38,457 nt of DNA from Frankiaceae bacterium (GCA_030840545.1 JAVEEH010000146.1:1-38457); one strand, 5' to 3'; counted from the first letter of the stretch, positions 1 to 9,882 are shown. Numbers and translations are program-made. The notes: generated by a model not told the origin, from the sequence alone.

Positions 1-711
1 CTCCCAGGGCTGTTCCTCCCGGCGGACCATCAATTCACCCGTACGGGCGGTGGAGCGCCAGTGCACGCGGCGCAGGTCGTCGCCGCGCCGGTATTCGCGG
101 GTGGCGGCGTCGTCCTCGCCCGAGGTGGCCACCGACCGGGCCCGGCTCTCGCCGGCACCGGCCCAGTCACCGCCGAGCCGCACGTCCGGCAGCGGCACGA
201 CCTGCGGGGTCACCACGAGCAGGTCCGCGGAGGAGAAGGACCGCGTGAGCTCGCACAAGCCGAAGGGATCGGTCAGCCGCACCGTCAACGGGCCGATGCG
301 ATAGCGGCCGCGCAGCTGGGACCGGACCGTGTAGTCGACGTTGACCGCGCGTTGCGGCAGCACCCGGTCAAGCACGAACCTCGGCCGGCCGCCGAGCATG
401 TAGGGAACGGTGTCTTCCGCGAGCATCAGGCCGGTCGGCAACCGCGACACGTTCTGCAGCTTGAGCAGCACTTGCGCGGGTCGTCCGGCGTTGACGCGCA
501 CCGGGTCGAGCCGACGCGTGCAGGTCAGCCGATACCGGGTGCGCGCGACCATCGCATAGGACAGCAACGGCAACGCGACGAGAAAGACACCGATCCGCAG
601 CACGTTGACCTCGTGCAGCACGATCGCGCTGACCGCCGCGGCGATCCCCGCCGCCAGCAGGCACCGGCCCCGGACGGTGAGTCCGGCGAGGATCTGGTCG
701 ACGCGGGGCAC
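1..711 (-). CDS. DUF58 family protein, N-terminal part only (C-terminus lies left of the window)
   Basis: Absent from the ORF track because it runs off the window edge. Hand translation of the minus strand from GTG at 711 gives an open 237-codon frame. It ends ...GEDDAATREYRRGDDLRRVHWRSTARTGELMVRREEQPWE, the block I recognise as the DUF58 signature. The N-terminus has hydrophobic helices (LLAAGIAAAVSAIVL, VFLVALPLLSYAMV). It starts 5 nt after the MoxR stop, the usual MoxR-DUF58 pairing. Confidence 0.75.
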   Translation of the reverse strand, partial: MPRVDQILAGLTVRGRCLLAAGIAAAVSAIVLHEVNVLRIGVFLVALPLLSYAMVARTRYRLTCTRRLDPVRVNAGRPAQVLLKLQNVSRLPTGLMLAEDTVPYMLGGRPRFVLDRVLPQRAVNVDYTVRSQLRGRYRIGPLTVRLTDPFGLCELTRSFSSADLLVVTPQVVPLPDVRLGGDWAGAGESRARSVATSGEDDAATREYRRGDDLRRVHWRSTARTGELMVRREEQPWE

Positions 712-716
712 GTGGC

Positions 717-1724
717 TCAGCTGCTCCGGCGCTGCCGTTCGCCACCGGGTCGTTCGGCCTTCGGCACCGGCACCGACGCGACCACGTCCGCCACCACGGC
801 TTGCGTCGTACGCCGGGCCACCTGGGCTTCTGCGGACAGCAGCAACCGGTGGGCGAGCACGGGCACGGCGAGGATCTGCAGGTCGTCGGGCAGCACGTAG
901 TCGCGGCCGTCGAGTGCTGCCGCAGCGCGGCCGGTGCGCAGCAGGTGCAGGGTCGCGCGCGGGGAGGCGCCGAGGCGCAGGTCGCGGTTGTCCCGGGTGG
1001 CGGTGACGAGGTCGATCGCATAGCGGCGGACGGACTCGGCGATGTGCACGGCGCGGACCGCCTGGGTCAGCTTCGCGACCTCGAGTGCGTCCGAGACGGG
1101 TTCGAGGTCGTCGAGCGGTGAGCCGGCGCCGTGCTGGTCGACCATCTCGAGCTCGGCCTCGGGGGAGGGGTAGCCGATCGCGAGCCGGGCCGTGAACCGG
1201 TCGCGCTGAGCCTCCGGCAGTGGATAGGTGCCTTCCATCTCGATGGGGTTCTGGGTCGCGAGCACCATGAACGGCGGGTCGAGCGGGTAGGTGATGCCGT
1301 CGACCGTGACGTGCCGCTCCTCCATGCACTCGAGCAGCGCCGACTGGGTCTTCGGCGATGCGCGGTTGATCTCGTCGCCGACGACGATGTTGGCGAAGAT
1401 CGAGCCCGGCTTGAACTCGAACTCGCGGGTGTCCTGGTTCCACACGGAGACACCGGTGACGTCGCTCGGCAGCAGGTCCGGCGTGAACTGGATCCGGCGC
1501 ACCGTGCAGTCGATCGCGCGGGCGAGTGACTTGGCGAGCATCGTCTTGCCGACGCCGGGCACGTCCTCGATGAGGAGATGGCCCTCGGCGAGCATGACGG
1601 TGACGGCCAGCTTGACCGACTCGGTCTTGCCCTGGATGACCTGCTCGACGGCCTCGATGATGCGCCCGGATCGCTGGGCGATGTCGTCGAACTCGAGCGC
1701 GGCGCTCGACCTGCGGCTCGGCAC
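717..1724 (-). CDS. moxR: MoxR-family AAA+ ATPase
   Basis: C-terminal 335 codons of track ORF 717..2675. Walker A is DVPGVGKT, Walker B is VVGDEINRA, and ATQNPIEMEGTYPLPEAQRDRF is MoxR-typical. I moved the start to GTG 1724 because GGGAGG (1736..1731) sits 6 nt upstream. That start leaves about 27 aa before VIQGK, the normal length. ATG 1832 is an alternative. The rest of the track ORF is antisense to mraZ. Confidence 0.85.
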   Translation of the reverse strand: MPSRRSSAALEFDDIAQRSGRIIEAVEQVIQGKTESVKLAVTVMLAEGHLLIEDVPGVGKTMLAKSLARAIDCTVRRIQFTPDLLPSDVTGVSVWNQDTREFEFKPGSIFANIVVGDEINRASPKTQSALLECMEERHVTVDGITYPLDPPFMVLATQNPIEMEGTYPLPEAQRDRFTARLAIGYPSPEAELEMVDQHGAGSPLDDLEPVSDALEVAKLTQAVRAVHIAESVRRYAIDLVTATRDNRDLRLGASPRATLHLLRTGRAAAALDGRDYVLPDDLQILAVPVLAHRLLLSAEAQVARRTTQAVVADVVASVPVPKAERPGGERQRRSS

Positions 1725-1899
1725 GCGCTGCCTCCCTCTCGACCCGGTCGTCGCCCGGTCCGGCGGCGTCCGGTGACCCCCGCACCCGGGAATACGCAGG
1801 ACGAGTCTGCCAGGTTCGATCGCCGGTGCCATCCGACTTCTGGTTACGACTGGAGAACAACCCGCGGGGGCGGCGAGGAGCGTGATCACGGCGTTTTGG

Positions 1900-1927
1900 T
1901 TGACGGAGGGGCGAAGTGGAGTACAGT
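1900..1927 (+). promoter_or_regulatory. Candidate dcw (Pmra-type) promoter: -35 TTGACG, 16-nt spacer, -10 TACAGT
   Basis: TTGACG is at 1900..1905 and TACAGT (fits TANNNT) at 1922..1927. This is about 45 nt upstream of the mraZ start and overlaps the MraZ-type boxes. Confidence 0.45.
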
Positions 1928-1941
1928 GGAGCGCCGTGGGG
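1916..1941 (+). promoter_or_regulatory. Three direct GTGG(A/G)G repeats with exact 10-bp phasing: putative MraZ operator
   Basis: GTGGAG is at 1916..1921, GTGGAG at 1926..1931 and GTGGGG at 1936..1941, with 4-nt spacers (taca, cgcc). E. coli MraZ binds three GTGGG-type direct repeats with the same periodicity in its own promoter region. Confidence 0.55.
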
Positions 1942-1970
1942 GATAACGCGGCAACCCGGGGAGGCGAGTG

Positions 1971-2402
1971 GTGTTTCTCGGCACCTATTCGCCGCGCCTG
2001 GACGAGAAGGGCCGCCTGTTTCTGCCCGCGAAGTTCCGCGATGAGCTGGCGGCCGGTCTCGTGATCACCAAGGGGCAAGAGCGATGCCTCTACGTCTTTG
2101 CAGCGACTGAGTTCGGCAGCCTCACCGAGCGGCTCCGGGACGCGCCGCTGACGGCCAAGAGCGCCCGCGACTACAGCCGGGTGTTCTTCGCGTCCGCGCA
2201 CGACGAGGTGCCGGACAAGCAGGGACGGATCACCGTGCCCGGGCCGCTGCGCGACTACGCCGGCCTGGACCGCGACTGCGCGGTCATCGGCGCCAACACC
2301 CGGGTGGAGATCTGGGACGCGGCGGCGTGGCAGGACTACCTGGCTTCCTCCGAGGAGCACTTCTCCTCGCTGTCCGAGGAGGTGCTGCCCGGCATCTTCT
2401 GA
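1971..2402 (+). CDS. mraZ: Transcriptional regulator MraZ
   Basis: (M)[25 protein letters not shown] is a canonical MraZ N-terminus, and a second SpoVT/AbrB-like repeat follows ([18 protein letters not shown]). Track start 1968 and codon 1971 are both GTG. GGGGAGG at 1958..1964 has better spacing to 1971. Confidence 0.9.
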   Translation: MFLGTYSPRLDEKGRLFLPAKFRDELAAGLVITKGQERCLYVFAATEFGSLTERLRDAPLTAKSARDYSRVFFASAHDEVPDKQGRITVPGPLRDYAGLDRDCAVIGANTRVEIWDAAAWQDYLASSEEHFSSLSEEVLPGIF

Positions 2403-2611
2403 GGTCGCCCGGCAAGCAACTCGGCACCACACCGGCGACGTGGCGTTTGGCTCCCGCCCGCGGCACCTGGCGCACCTTCCCCGGCGCCAGGCGCGGGGGG
2501 CGGGGACCAAGCCCCACGTCTCAGGTCTCACGTTCGACATCAGGTCAAGGGAGAAGGGGGCCTCATGGTTGCGCCCGGGGGCACGCGCAGGGCTGCTCGG
2601 TGAGCGGGCCC

Positions 2612-3553
2612 ATGCACGTCCCCGTGCTGCGCGACCGGGTGCTGGCGTTGTTCGAGCCCGCCTTGGCCGACTCACCCGCCCTGCTCGTCGACGCGACGCT
2701 GGGGCTCGGCGGGCATGCGGCGGCGCTGCTTGCGGCTCATCCGGACCTGCACCTGATCGGTCTGGACCGAGACCCCCGCGCGCTCGCCCTGTCGGCCGAC
2801 CGGCTGGCGGCGTACAGGTCCCGGGTCACGCTGGTCCGCGCCGTGTACGACGCGCTGCCCGAGGTCCTCGGGGCGGCTGGCGTCGACCGGGTCGACGGGG
2901 TGTTGTTCGACCTCGGGGTGTCGTCCCTGCAGCTCGACGACGACGAGCGGGGCTTCTCCTACGCCCGGGACACCGCGCTCGACATGCGGATGGACCCGGA
3001 CGCACCACTGACGGCGAGCGAGGTGGTCAACACCTATCCGGTCGAGCGTCTCGCCCGGGTGATCGCGGAGTTCGGCGAGGAGCGGTTCGCGCGCCGCATC
3101 GCGGGAGCCATCGTCCGCGAGCGCAGCCACGGCCCGCTCACCTCCTCGGCGCGGCTGGCGGAGCTCGTCCGCGAGGCCGTGCCTGCCGCGACCCGCCGGA
3201 CCGGAGGCCATCCGGCCAAGCGGACCTTCCAGGCGCTGCGGATCGAGGTCAACGACGAGCTGGGCGCCCTCTCCCGGGCCCTGCCCGCCGGCGTCGCGGC
3301 GCTGCGGGTCGGCGGCCGCCTCGTGGCGCTCGCCTACCACTCCCTCGAGGACCGGATCGTCAAGCGGGTGCTGACGGCCGGCGCCTCGATCGACGCACCG
3401 CCGGACCTCCCGGTGGTGCCCGAGTCCGCCGCTCCCCGGCTCCGCCTGCTGACCCGCGGCGCGGAGCGTCCCAGCGAGGAGGAGGTCGCGGCCAACCCGC
3501 GTGCCGCCTCGGCCCGGCTCCGGGCCGCCGAGCGGGTCCGGGAGGCGGCGTGA
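2612..3553 (+). CDS. rsmH: 16S rRNA (cytosine1402-N4)-methyltransferase RsmH/MraW
   Basis: [10 protein letters not shown]..., [10 protein letters not shown] (SAM-binding) and [11 protein letters not shown] are all present, and the gene follows mraZ. It is the 3' part of track ORF 2327..3553. An in-frame GTG at 2600 is an alternative start. Confidence 0.9.
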   Translation: MHVPVLRDRVLALFEPALADSPALLVDATLGLGGHAAALLAAHPDLHLIGLDRDPRALALSADRLAAYRSRVTLVRAVYDALPEVLGAAGVDRVDGVLFDLGVSSLQLDDDERGFSYARDTALDMRMDPDAPLTASEVVNTYPVERLARVIAEFGEERFARRIAGAIVRERSHGPLTSSARLAELVREAVPAATRRTGGHPAKRTFQALRIEVNDELGALSRALPAGVAALRVGGRLVALAYHSLEDRIVKRVLTAGASIDAPPDLPVVPESAAPRLRLLTRGAERPSEEEVAANPRAASARLRAAERVREAA

Positions 3554-4089
3554 CCGCCCTCGCCGCCGGCCAACCACGCACCCGCCCTGCCGAGGCGCCG
3601 CATCGCCCCTCCCTCCGGCTGGTCGCGACCCGGCCGCTCGTCGCCGGCCGGCTGCCGTTCGTGCTGCTCGTCGGCGGGATCCTCGCCCTCGGGCTGATCG
3701 TGCTCCTGCTGCTGCACACGATGGCCGCCCAGGACGCCTTCCGGCTGCAGACCCTCGAGCGGGCCGCGGCTTCCCTGAGCGACACCCGCCAGCAGCTCGC
3801 CCTGGCCGAACAGCAGCGACAGTCACCGGACGCCTTGGCCGCCCAGGCCCGCGCGCTGGGCATGGTGCCGACCGGCTCCATAGCCTTCGTGCGCCTGCAC
3901 CGCCATCATCGGATCGTCGGGGTCGTCCGGGCAGCTGCCGCGCCCCCGCCGCCCCCGGCGACTGCCTCGCCGGCCGCGCACCAGCGCGCCCAACAGCCCA
4001 CGCAGAAGAACGCGCACACCGCGGCAGGCAAGCCCGTGCACAAGGTGTCGCCGCCGCACCGGCGCGGCTCCCCACCTCCGCACGGGTGA
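3550..4089 (+). CDS. ftsL: FtsL-like septation protein (single TM, coiled coil, Pro-rich tail)
   Basis: GTG 3550 overlaps the rsmH TGA (GTGA). It has one TM helix ([21 protein letters not shown]) followed by a short coiled-coil-like segment ([29 protein letters not shown]). It sits in the rsmH-ftsI position. The call rests on architecture and synteny, not sequence motifs. Confidence 0.6.
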   Translation: MTALAAGQPRTRPAEAPHRPSLRLVATRPLVAGRLPFVLLVGGILALGLIVLLLLHTMAAQDAFRLQTLERAAASLSDTRQQLALAEQQRQSPDALAAQARALGMVPTGSIAFVRLHRHHRIVGVVRAAAAPPPPPATASPAAHQRAQQPTQKNAHTAAGKPVHKVSPPHRRGSPPPHG

Positions 4090-5864
4090 ACCGGCAGGCT
4101 GTGCGCATGCCTGCTGCCGCACCCGCCCGTCCCGGGCCGCGGCGACGCAAGCGTGTGCGGCGACCCAGCCCGCAGCGACGGATCGAGCTCATCCTCATCG
4201 GCTGTCTCGTGCTGTTGTCGCTGGTCGGCGGGCGGCTCGTGCAGCTCCAGGGGCTCGATCGCACCGCCTACGCGGCGATGGCGCAGAAGCAGCGGCTGCA
4301 CACCGTCGCGCTGACCGCACCGCGCGGGCCCATCCTCGATCGGGACGGCCAACCCTTGGCCGAGACCGTCGACGCCCGCGACATCTACGCCGACCCGCAC
4401 AAGGTCGTCGATGCCGCGGCTGAGTCCGGGCGGCTCGCACCGCTGCTGGGCGTCGACGCGGCGACGCTGCAGACCCAGATGCAGCAGAACACGACGTTCG
4501 TCTACCTGTCCCGGGCGGTCACGCCGCAGGTGAGCACGCAGGTGATCGACCTGAAGCTTCCCGGGATCGGCGTGCTCCCGGCCACCAAGCGGATCTATCC
4601 CGCCGGCCCGCTGGCGTCCAACGTCGTCGGTTTCGCCAACGCCGACGGTGCCGGCCTCGCCGGCCTCGAGTACTCGTTCCAGAAGCTGCTGTCCGGCAGC
4701 AACGGGGAGCGGACGTTCGAGACGGGCTTGTCCGGCTCGCCGATCCCCGACGGGCACGACATCCTTCGCCCGGCCGTGCCCGGCACCGGGCTCAAGCTCA
4801 CCATCCAGCGGGACATCCAGTGGAAGGCCCAGCAGGCGATCACGGCACAGGTGCATGCGCTGCACGCCGACAGCGGCACGGTGATCGTGATGGATCCGAG
4901 CAGCGGTCAGCTGCTCGCCCTGGCCGTCTCGCCCGGGTTCGACCCCAACGACCCGTCCAAGAGCCCGATCTCGGCGTTCGGGGACCCGGCGGTCAGCGAC
5001 GTCTACGAGCCGGGCAGCGTCAACAAGGTCATCACGATCTCCGCTGCCTTGCAGGAACGGCTCGTGACCCCCAACTCGCCGTTCACGATCCCACCGACAC
5101 TTCGTGACGCCGGATTCACGTTCAACGACGCCGAGGTGCACGGCACTGAACGCCTGACCCTCACCGGCGTCCTCGCGAAGTCGAGCAACATCGGCACCAT
5201 CGAGGTGGCCCGCAAGCTCGGCGCCGCCCGGCTCTACCACTACCTGCGCGCCTACGGGTTCGGCCAGCCCACCGGGGTCGGCCTGCCCGGTGACGGCACC
5301 GGGCTGCTGCCCCGCCTGTCGAACTGGACGGCATCGACGTTGCCGACCGCCTCGTTCGGTCAGGGCGTCGGCGTGACCGCGCTGCAGGTCGCCAGCGTCT
5401 ACGCGACGATCGCCAACGGTGGCGTGCGGGTCACCCCCAACCTGATCGCCGGGACGGTCGACGAGAACGGTGCCCTGAAGCCGGCGGCCGCGCCGGAGCA
5501 GCACCGGGTCATCAACGCCAGCGTCGCGAAGCAGGTCAGGGACATGCTCGAGGCCGTCACCACGAACGACGGCACCGCGCCGCTGGCGCGAATTCCCGGC
5601 TACCGCATTGCCGGCAAGACCGGCACCGCCCAGCGGCCGAACAGCCACGGCGGCTACTCGGGCTACACCGCGTCCTTCGTCGGGTTCGCGCCCGCCGACG
5701 CGCCGAAGCTGCTCGTCGAGGTGGTGCTGCAGAACCCGCGAACCGGCCACTTCGGTGGGCTGGTGGCTGCCCCCGTGTTCCACGATGTCATGAGCTTCGC
5801 CTTGCAGACGTTGAAGATTCCGCCCACCGGCACCCGGCCGCCCGTTGCCCGGCTGACGTGGTGA
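4086..5864 (+). CDS. ftsI: Class B penicillin-binding protein, division transpeptidase FtsI/PbpB
   Basis: Transpeptidase motifs are SVNK (SxxK), SSN (SxN) and KTGT, with an N-terminal TM anchor (LILIGCLVLLSLVGG). GTG 4086 overlaps the ftsL TGA. GTG 4101 and ATG 4107 are in-frame alternatives. Confidence 0.9.
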   Translation: MNRQAVRMPAAAPARPGPRRRKRVRRPSPQRRIELILIGCLVLLSLVGGRLVQLQGLDRTAYAAMAQKQRLHTVALTAPRGPILDRDGQPLAETVDARDIYADPHKVVDAAAESGRLAPLLGVDAATLQTQMQQNTTFVYLSRAVTPQVSTQVIDLKLPGIGVLPATKRIYPAGPLASNVVGFANADGAGLAGLEYSFQKLLSGSNGERTFETGLSGSPIPDGHDILRPAVPGTGLKLTIQRDIQWKAQQAITAQVHALHADSGTVIVMDPSSGQLLALAVSPGFDPNDPSKSPISAFGDPAVSDVYEPGSVNKVITISAALQERLVTPNSPFTIPPTLRDAGFTFNDAEVHGTERLTLTGVLAKSSNIGTIEVARKLGAARLYHYLRAYGFGQPTGVGLPGDGTGLLPRLSNWTASTLPTASFGQGVGVTALQVASVYATIANGGVRVTPNLIAGTVDENGALKPAAAPEQHRVINASVAKQVRDMLEAVTTNDGTAPLARIPGYRIAGKTGTAQRPNSHGGYSGYTASFVGFAPADAPKLLVEVVLQNPRTGHFGGLVAAPVFHDVMSFALQTLKIPPTGTRPPVARLTW

Positions 5865-5885
5865 GCACCGGTAGCCTGCAAGCCG

Positions 5886-7424
5886 ATGACTGAGTCGCTC
5901 CGCCCCCGGCGCGTGCGCGAGCAGAACATCGGGGGATTGCTCGAGCGGCTGCCGGGGGCCCGCTTGCACGGCGCGGCCGAGACGGGTGTGACCGGCATCA
6001 CGCACGACTCCCGACAGGTGCGTGCGGGCGACATCTACCTCGCCCGGGCCGGTGCGCACACCCACGGCATCGCGCACGTCGCCGAGGCGGTGGCCGCCGG
6101 CGCGACCGCCGTGCTCACCGACCCGCCCTCGGTCACCACCGCCGTCGCGGCCGGCGCCACGGCCGTTGTCGAGGTCGCGGACCCGAGGGCGGTCACCGGG
6201 GCTGCATCCGCGTGGGTCTACCAGGACCCGTCGAGTGGTCTGCTCGTCATCGGCGTCACGGGCACCAACGGCAAGACCACGACCGCCTACCTCGTCGAGG
6301 CCGGGCTGCGGGCGGCGGGCCGACCGACCGGGCTCATCGGCACCGTCGAGACCCGGATCGCGGACGAGAAGGTGCCGAGCATGCGCACCACCCCGGAGGC
6401 CACCGACCTGCAGGCGCTGTTCGCGGTGATGCGCGAGCGCGGTGTCGACGCGGTCGCGATGGAGGTGTCGAGTCACGCACTTGCCCTTGACCGGGTCGCC
6501 GGCACGACGTTCGGTCTCGCAGCGTTCACCAACCTCTCGCAGGACCACCTCGACTTCCACACCGACATGGACGACTACTTCGCGGCGAAGGCGCGATTGT
6601 TCTCCCCGGCCTACTCGCCGGTCGGGGTCGTCAGCATCGACGACACCTGGGGGCGGCGCCTCGCTGCCGAGGCGCCAATTGCCATCACGACCGTGGGGGC
6701 GGCCGACCACGGCCCGGACTGGACCCGGACCGACGAGTCGGTGTCTCCGGCCGGTGGCACGGTGACGGTCGTCGGGCCCGATGGTGGTCGACACCTGCTC
6801 GACGTCGCCCTGCCGGGCCGGTTCAACCTTCGTAACGCCGCACTCGCGTTCGTCGTCCTCGTGCAGGCGGGCGTCTCGCCGGCCGACGCACGGCGTGGCA
6901 TCGCCGGGCTCGCCCGTGTGCCCGGCCGGATGGAACGCGTCGACGCCGGCCAGCCCTACCCGGCACTCGTCGACTACGCACACACGCCCGAGGCCGTGAC
7001 CGTGCTGCTGACGGAGGCTCGAGGTCTCACCCGCGACCACGGACGGGTCATCGCCGTCCTCGGCTGCGGCGGCGATCGGGACCGCGGCAAGCGGCCGTTG
7101 ATGGGTGCCGCCCTCGCGGCCGGCAGTGACGTCGCCGTGCTCACCAACGACAACCCACGGTCCGAGGACCCCGCCGTGATCCTCGAAGCGATGGCGCAGG
7201 GCGCCCGTTCGGTCGCAACGGGGGCACGGCTCGTCATCGAGCCGGACCGGCGGGCCGCGATCGAGACAGCCGTCGCTGAGGCCGGCGCCGGCGATGTCCT
7301 GGTGGTGGCCGGCAAGGGGCACGAGCAAGGCCAGGAAGTGGCCGGCACGATTGTGCCGTTCGACGACCGGCAGGTGCTTCGAGACGCGCTGACTGAGCAC
7401 GGCTATGCGGTTGGTGCGCGGTGA
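5886..7424 (+). CDS. murE: UDP-MurNAc-L-Ala-D-Glu:diaminopimelate ligase MurE
   Basis: Mur ligase P-loop [11 protein letters not shown] is present. The DNPR motif (LTNDNPRSEDP) is typical of DAP-adding MurE enzymes. The gene is in the dcw position. Confidence 0.93.
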   Translation: MTESLRPRRVREQNIGGLLERLPGARLHGAAETGVTGITHDSRQVRAGDIYLARAGAHTHGIAHVAEAVAAGATAVLTDPPSVTTAVAAGATAVVEVADPRAVTGAASAWVYQDPSSGLLVIGVTGTNGKTTTAYLVEAGLRAAGRPTGLIGTVETRIADEKVPSMRTTPEATDLQALFAVMRERGVDAVAMEVSSHALALDRVAGTTFGLAAFTNLSQDHLDFHTDMDDYFAAKARLFSPAYSPVGVVSIDDTWGRRLAAEAPIAITTVGAADHGPDWTRTDESVSPAGGTVTVVGPDGGRHLLDVALPGRFNLRNAALAFVVLVQAGVSPADARRGIAGLARVPGRMERVDAGQPYPALVDYAHTPEAVTVLLTEARGLTRDHGRVIAVLGCGGDRDRGKRPLMGAALAAGSDVAVLTNDNPRSEDPAVILEAMAQGARSVATGARLVIEPDRRAAIETAVAEAGAGDVLVVAGKGHEQGQEVAGTIVPFDDRQVLRDALTEHGYAVGAR

Positions 7425-8815
7425 CCCCCATCGCGCTCGGCGTGGTCTGCCGCCGCACCGGCGGCCGGCTGGTCGGCGGCGCGGCGGCCGGCACGCTGGT
7501 GACCGGACCTGTCGTGATCGACTCCCGCCGCAGCGAGCCGGGCTCCTTGTTCGTGTGCGTGCCGGGAGAGCACGCCGACGGCCATGACTTCGCTGCGCGC
7601 GCCGTCGACGCGGGCGCGGTGGCCGCACTCGCAGCACGTGATGTCGGCGTACCGGCTGTTGTCGTCGCCGACCCGCAGCACGCGCTCGGCGAGCTGGCAG
7701 CCGCCGTGCTGTCATCGGCTCCGCAGTGCACCGTCGTCGGGGTGACCGGATCGTCCGGCAAGACCTCGACCAAGGACCTGATGGGCCAGGTCTTTGCCCG
7801 GGCCGGCGCAACCGTGGCGCCGGAAGGGTCGTTCAACAACGAGCTCGGTCTGCCGTTGACGGTCCTGCGCATCGACGAGCACACCCGGACACTGGTGTGC
7901 GAATACAGCGCGCGGGGCGTCGGTCACATCCGCGAGCTCTGTCGCATTGCCCCACCTGCGATCGCTGTGGTGCTCAACGTCGGTGCCGCGCATCTCGGCG
8001 AGTTCGGCTCGCGTGCCGTTGTCGCCGAGGCCAAGGGCGAGCTGGTCGAGGCGTTGCCGGCCGAAGGTGTGGCGGTGCTGAACGCTGACGACCCCCTCGT
8101 GCTCGGCATGCGGTCACGCACCGCGGCGAAGGTGCTGACCTTCGGACAGTCCGCTGCCGCAGACGTGCGCATCACCGACCTCAGCCTCGACGACGAGGCG
8201 CGGGCCCGGTTCCGGTTGGTCACCCCGGAGGGCGCGGCCGCGGTCGAGCTGCGGGTGCACGGCGCCCATCAGGCCGGCAACGCCGCCGCCGCCGCCGCCG
8301 CCGCGCTCGCCGCGGGCCTGGACCTCGACACCATCGCTGCCGCCTTGTCCGCGGCCGAGGCCCGCAGCGCGCATCGGATGTCGCTGCGCCGTCGTGGCGA
8401 CGGGCTGCTGGTCATCGACGACGCCTACAACGCCAACCCCGAGTCCACCGCGGCCGCACTCGACGCTCTGGCGGCGCTTGCCTCCGGGCGGCGTCGATGG
8501 GCCGTGCTGGGCGAGATGCTCGAGCTCGGTGACGAGTCGGGACCGTTGCACCGCGAGATCGGCCGGCGCGCTGCGTCGAGCGGGGTCGACGAGCTCGTCG
8601 CCGTCGGCATGGCCGAGATCGCGGCCGGAGCGGACGCCACCGCCGGATGGCACGGGCGGGCCCGCACCGTGCCCGACCCGGCGGCAGCCGCCGGGCTCGT
8701 GCTCACCGAAGTCACGGCCGACGACGCCGTGCTGGTCAAGGCGTCCAACTCGATCCAGCTCTGGCGGGTTGCCGACGCGCTGCTCGAGACCGTGCCCGCC
8801 GGAGCGAACGCATGA
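7421..8815 (+). CDS. murF: UDP-MurNAc-tripeptide:D-Ala-D-Ala ligase MurF
   Basis: Mur ligase P-loop [14 protein letters not shown] is present. GTG 7421 overlaps the murE TGA. The gene lies between murE and mraY. Confidence 0.9.
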   Translation: MTPIALGVVCRRTGGRLVGGAAAGTLVTGPVVIDSRRSEPGSLFVCVPGEHADGHDFAARAVDAGAVAALAARDVGVPAVVVADPQHALGELAAAVLSSAPQCTVVGVTGSSGKTSTKDLMGQVFARAGATVAPEGSFNNELGLPLTVLRIDEHTRTLVCEYSARGVGHIRELCRIAPPAIAVVLNVGAAHLGEFGSRAVVAEAKGELVEALPAEGVAVLNADDPLVLGMRSRTAAKVLTFGQSAAADVRITDLSLDDEARARFRLVTPEGAAAVELRVHGAHQAGNAAAAAAAALAAGLDLDTIAAALSAAEARSAHRMSLRRRGDGLLVIDDAYNANPESTAAALDALAALASGRRRWAVLGEMLELGDESGPLHREIGRRAASSGVDELVAVGMAEIAAGADATAGWHGRARTVPDPAAAAGLVLTEVTADDAVLVKASNSIQLWRVADALLETVPAGANA

Positions 8816-9882
8816 GGAACGTCCTCGTCGCGGCGCTCGTGTCGCTCATCGTGTCGCTGCTGGGCACGCCGTTCGCGATCCGCTTCTTCCGGGCCCGGGG
8901 ATACGGCCAGCTGATCCGCGATGACGGCCCGACGACGCACCACACCAAGCGTGGCACGCCGACGATGGGTGGCACGGTCATCATCGCGTCGACGTTGCTC
9001 GGCTACTTCGCCGCGCATGCAGTCTTCCTGCGCGGGTTCACTGCCTCGGGTCTGCTTGTGATCGGGCTGATGACGGGTCTGGGCGCGGTCGGCTTCCTCG
9101 ACGACTTCATCAAGATTCGCAAGCAACGGAGCCTCGGGCTGACCGCGACCGCCAAGTTCGGTGGCCAGGCCCTGGTCGCCATCGCGTTCGGGGTGATGGC
9201 GACGCACTTCGTCAACGGTCACCGGCTGGCGCCGGTGTCGACGCACCTGTCGTTCGTGCGTGACTACGGGCTCGACTTCGGCGCGGTCATCCTGGTCGTC
9301 TGGGCCTACTTCATGGTTGCCGCGACGTCGAACGGCGTCAACCTCACCGACGGTCTCGACGGGCTGGCCAGTGGCGCGTCATGCATGGTCTTCGGCGCCT
9401 ACGTGATCATCGCGTTCTGGCAGTTCGGCAACAACTGCGTCAACCAGAACCCGGTCAACAACTGCTACCAGGTGCGCGACCCGCTCGACGTCGCCATCAT
9501 CGCGGCGGCGGCGATGGGCGCGTGCTTCGGATTCCTCTGGTGGAACGCGTCCCCGGCACGCATCTTCATGGGTGACACCGGCTCGCTCGCCCTGGGCGGG
9601 GCGCTCGCCGGCATCGCCATGACGACCCACACCGAGTTGCTGCTCATCGTCCTCGGCGGGCTCTACGTCGTCGAAGCCGCGTCGGTGATCGTGCAGGTCA
9701 TCGCCTTCCGGTTCTTCCGAAGACGTGTGTTCAACATGGCTCCGGTCCACCATCACTTCGAGATCGCGGGCTGGAACGAGAACACCGTCATCGTCCGGTT
9801 CTGGATCATCGCCGGACTTGCCGTCGCGTTCGGGCTGGGAGTCTTCTACGCCGAGTTCCTGTCCAAGGGCTCGTTGCGGTGA
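8812..9882 (+). CDS. mraY: Phospho-MurNAc-pentapeptide translocase MraY
   Basis: It is polytopic and carries [10 protein letters not shown] and the [12 protein letters not shown] motif. ATG 8812 overlaps the murF TGA (ATGA). The upstream part of the track ORF is out-of-gene extension. Confidence 0.93.
   Translation: MRNVLVAALVSLIVSLLGTPFAIRFFRARGYGQLIRDDGPTTHHTKRGTPTMGGTVIIASTLLGYFAAHAVFLRGFTASGLLVIGLMTGLGAVGFLDDFIKIRKQRSLGLTATAKFGGQALVAIAFGVMATHFVNGHRLAPVSTHLSFVRDYGLDFGAVILVVWAYFMVAATSNGVNLTDGLDGLASGASCMVFGAYVIIAFWQFGNNCVNQNPVNNCYQVRDPLDVAIIAAAAMGACFGFLWWNASPARIFMGDTGSLALGGALAGIAMTTHTELLLIVLGGLYVVEAASVIVQVIAFRFFRRRVFNMAPVHHHFEIAGWNENTVIVRFWIIAGLAVAFGLGVFYAEFLSKGSLR

Noticed and set aside
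1725-2675. N-terminal 317 codons of track ORF 717..2675 (would make a 652-aa MoxR)
   Set aside because: This part runs antisense through mraZ and the divergent promoter region and is Arg/Pro-rich. A GGGAGG-6 nt-GTG start at 1724 gives a normal-length MoxR.
2440-3549. Long 5' part of the 549-aa track ORF 2440..4089 overlapping rsmH in another frame
   Set aside because: It is Arg/Pro/Gly-rich with no motifs and is fully overlapped by rsmH. Only the last 179 codons (from the GTGA junction at 3550) show TM plus coiled-coil FtsL-like architecture.
3906-7811. 1301-aa ORF on the minus strand spanning ftsI, murE and murF
   Set aside because: It is antisense to three genes with unmistakable motifs. 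The product is Arg/Gly/Pro-rich with no recognisable domain. Long open antisense frames are expected in DNA this GC-rich because stop codons are AT-rich.
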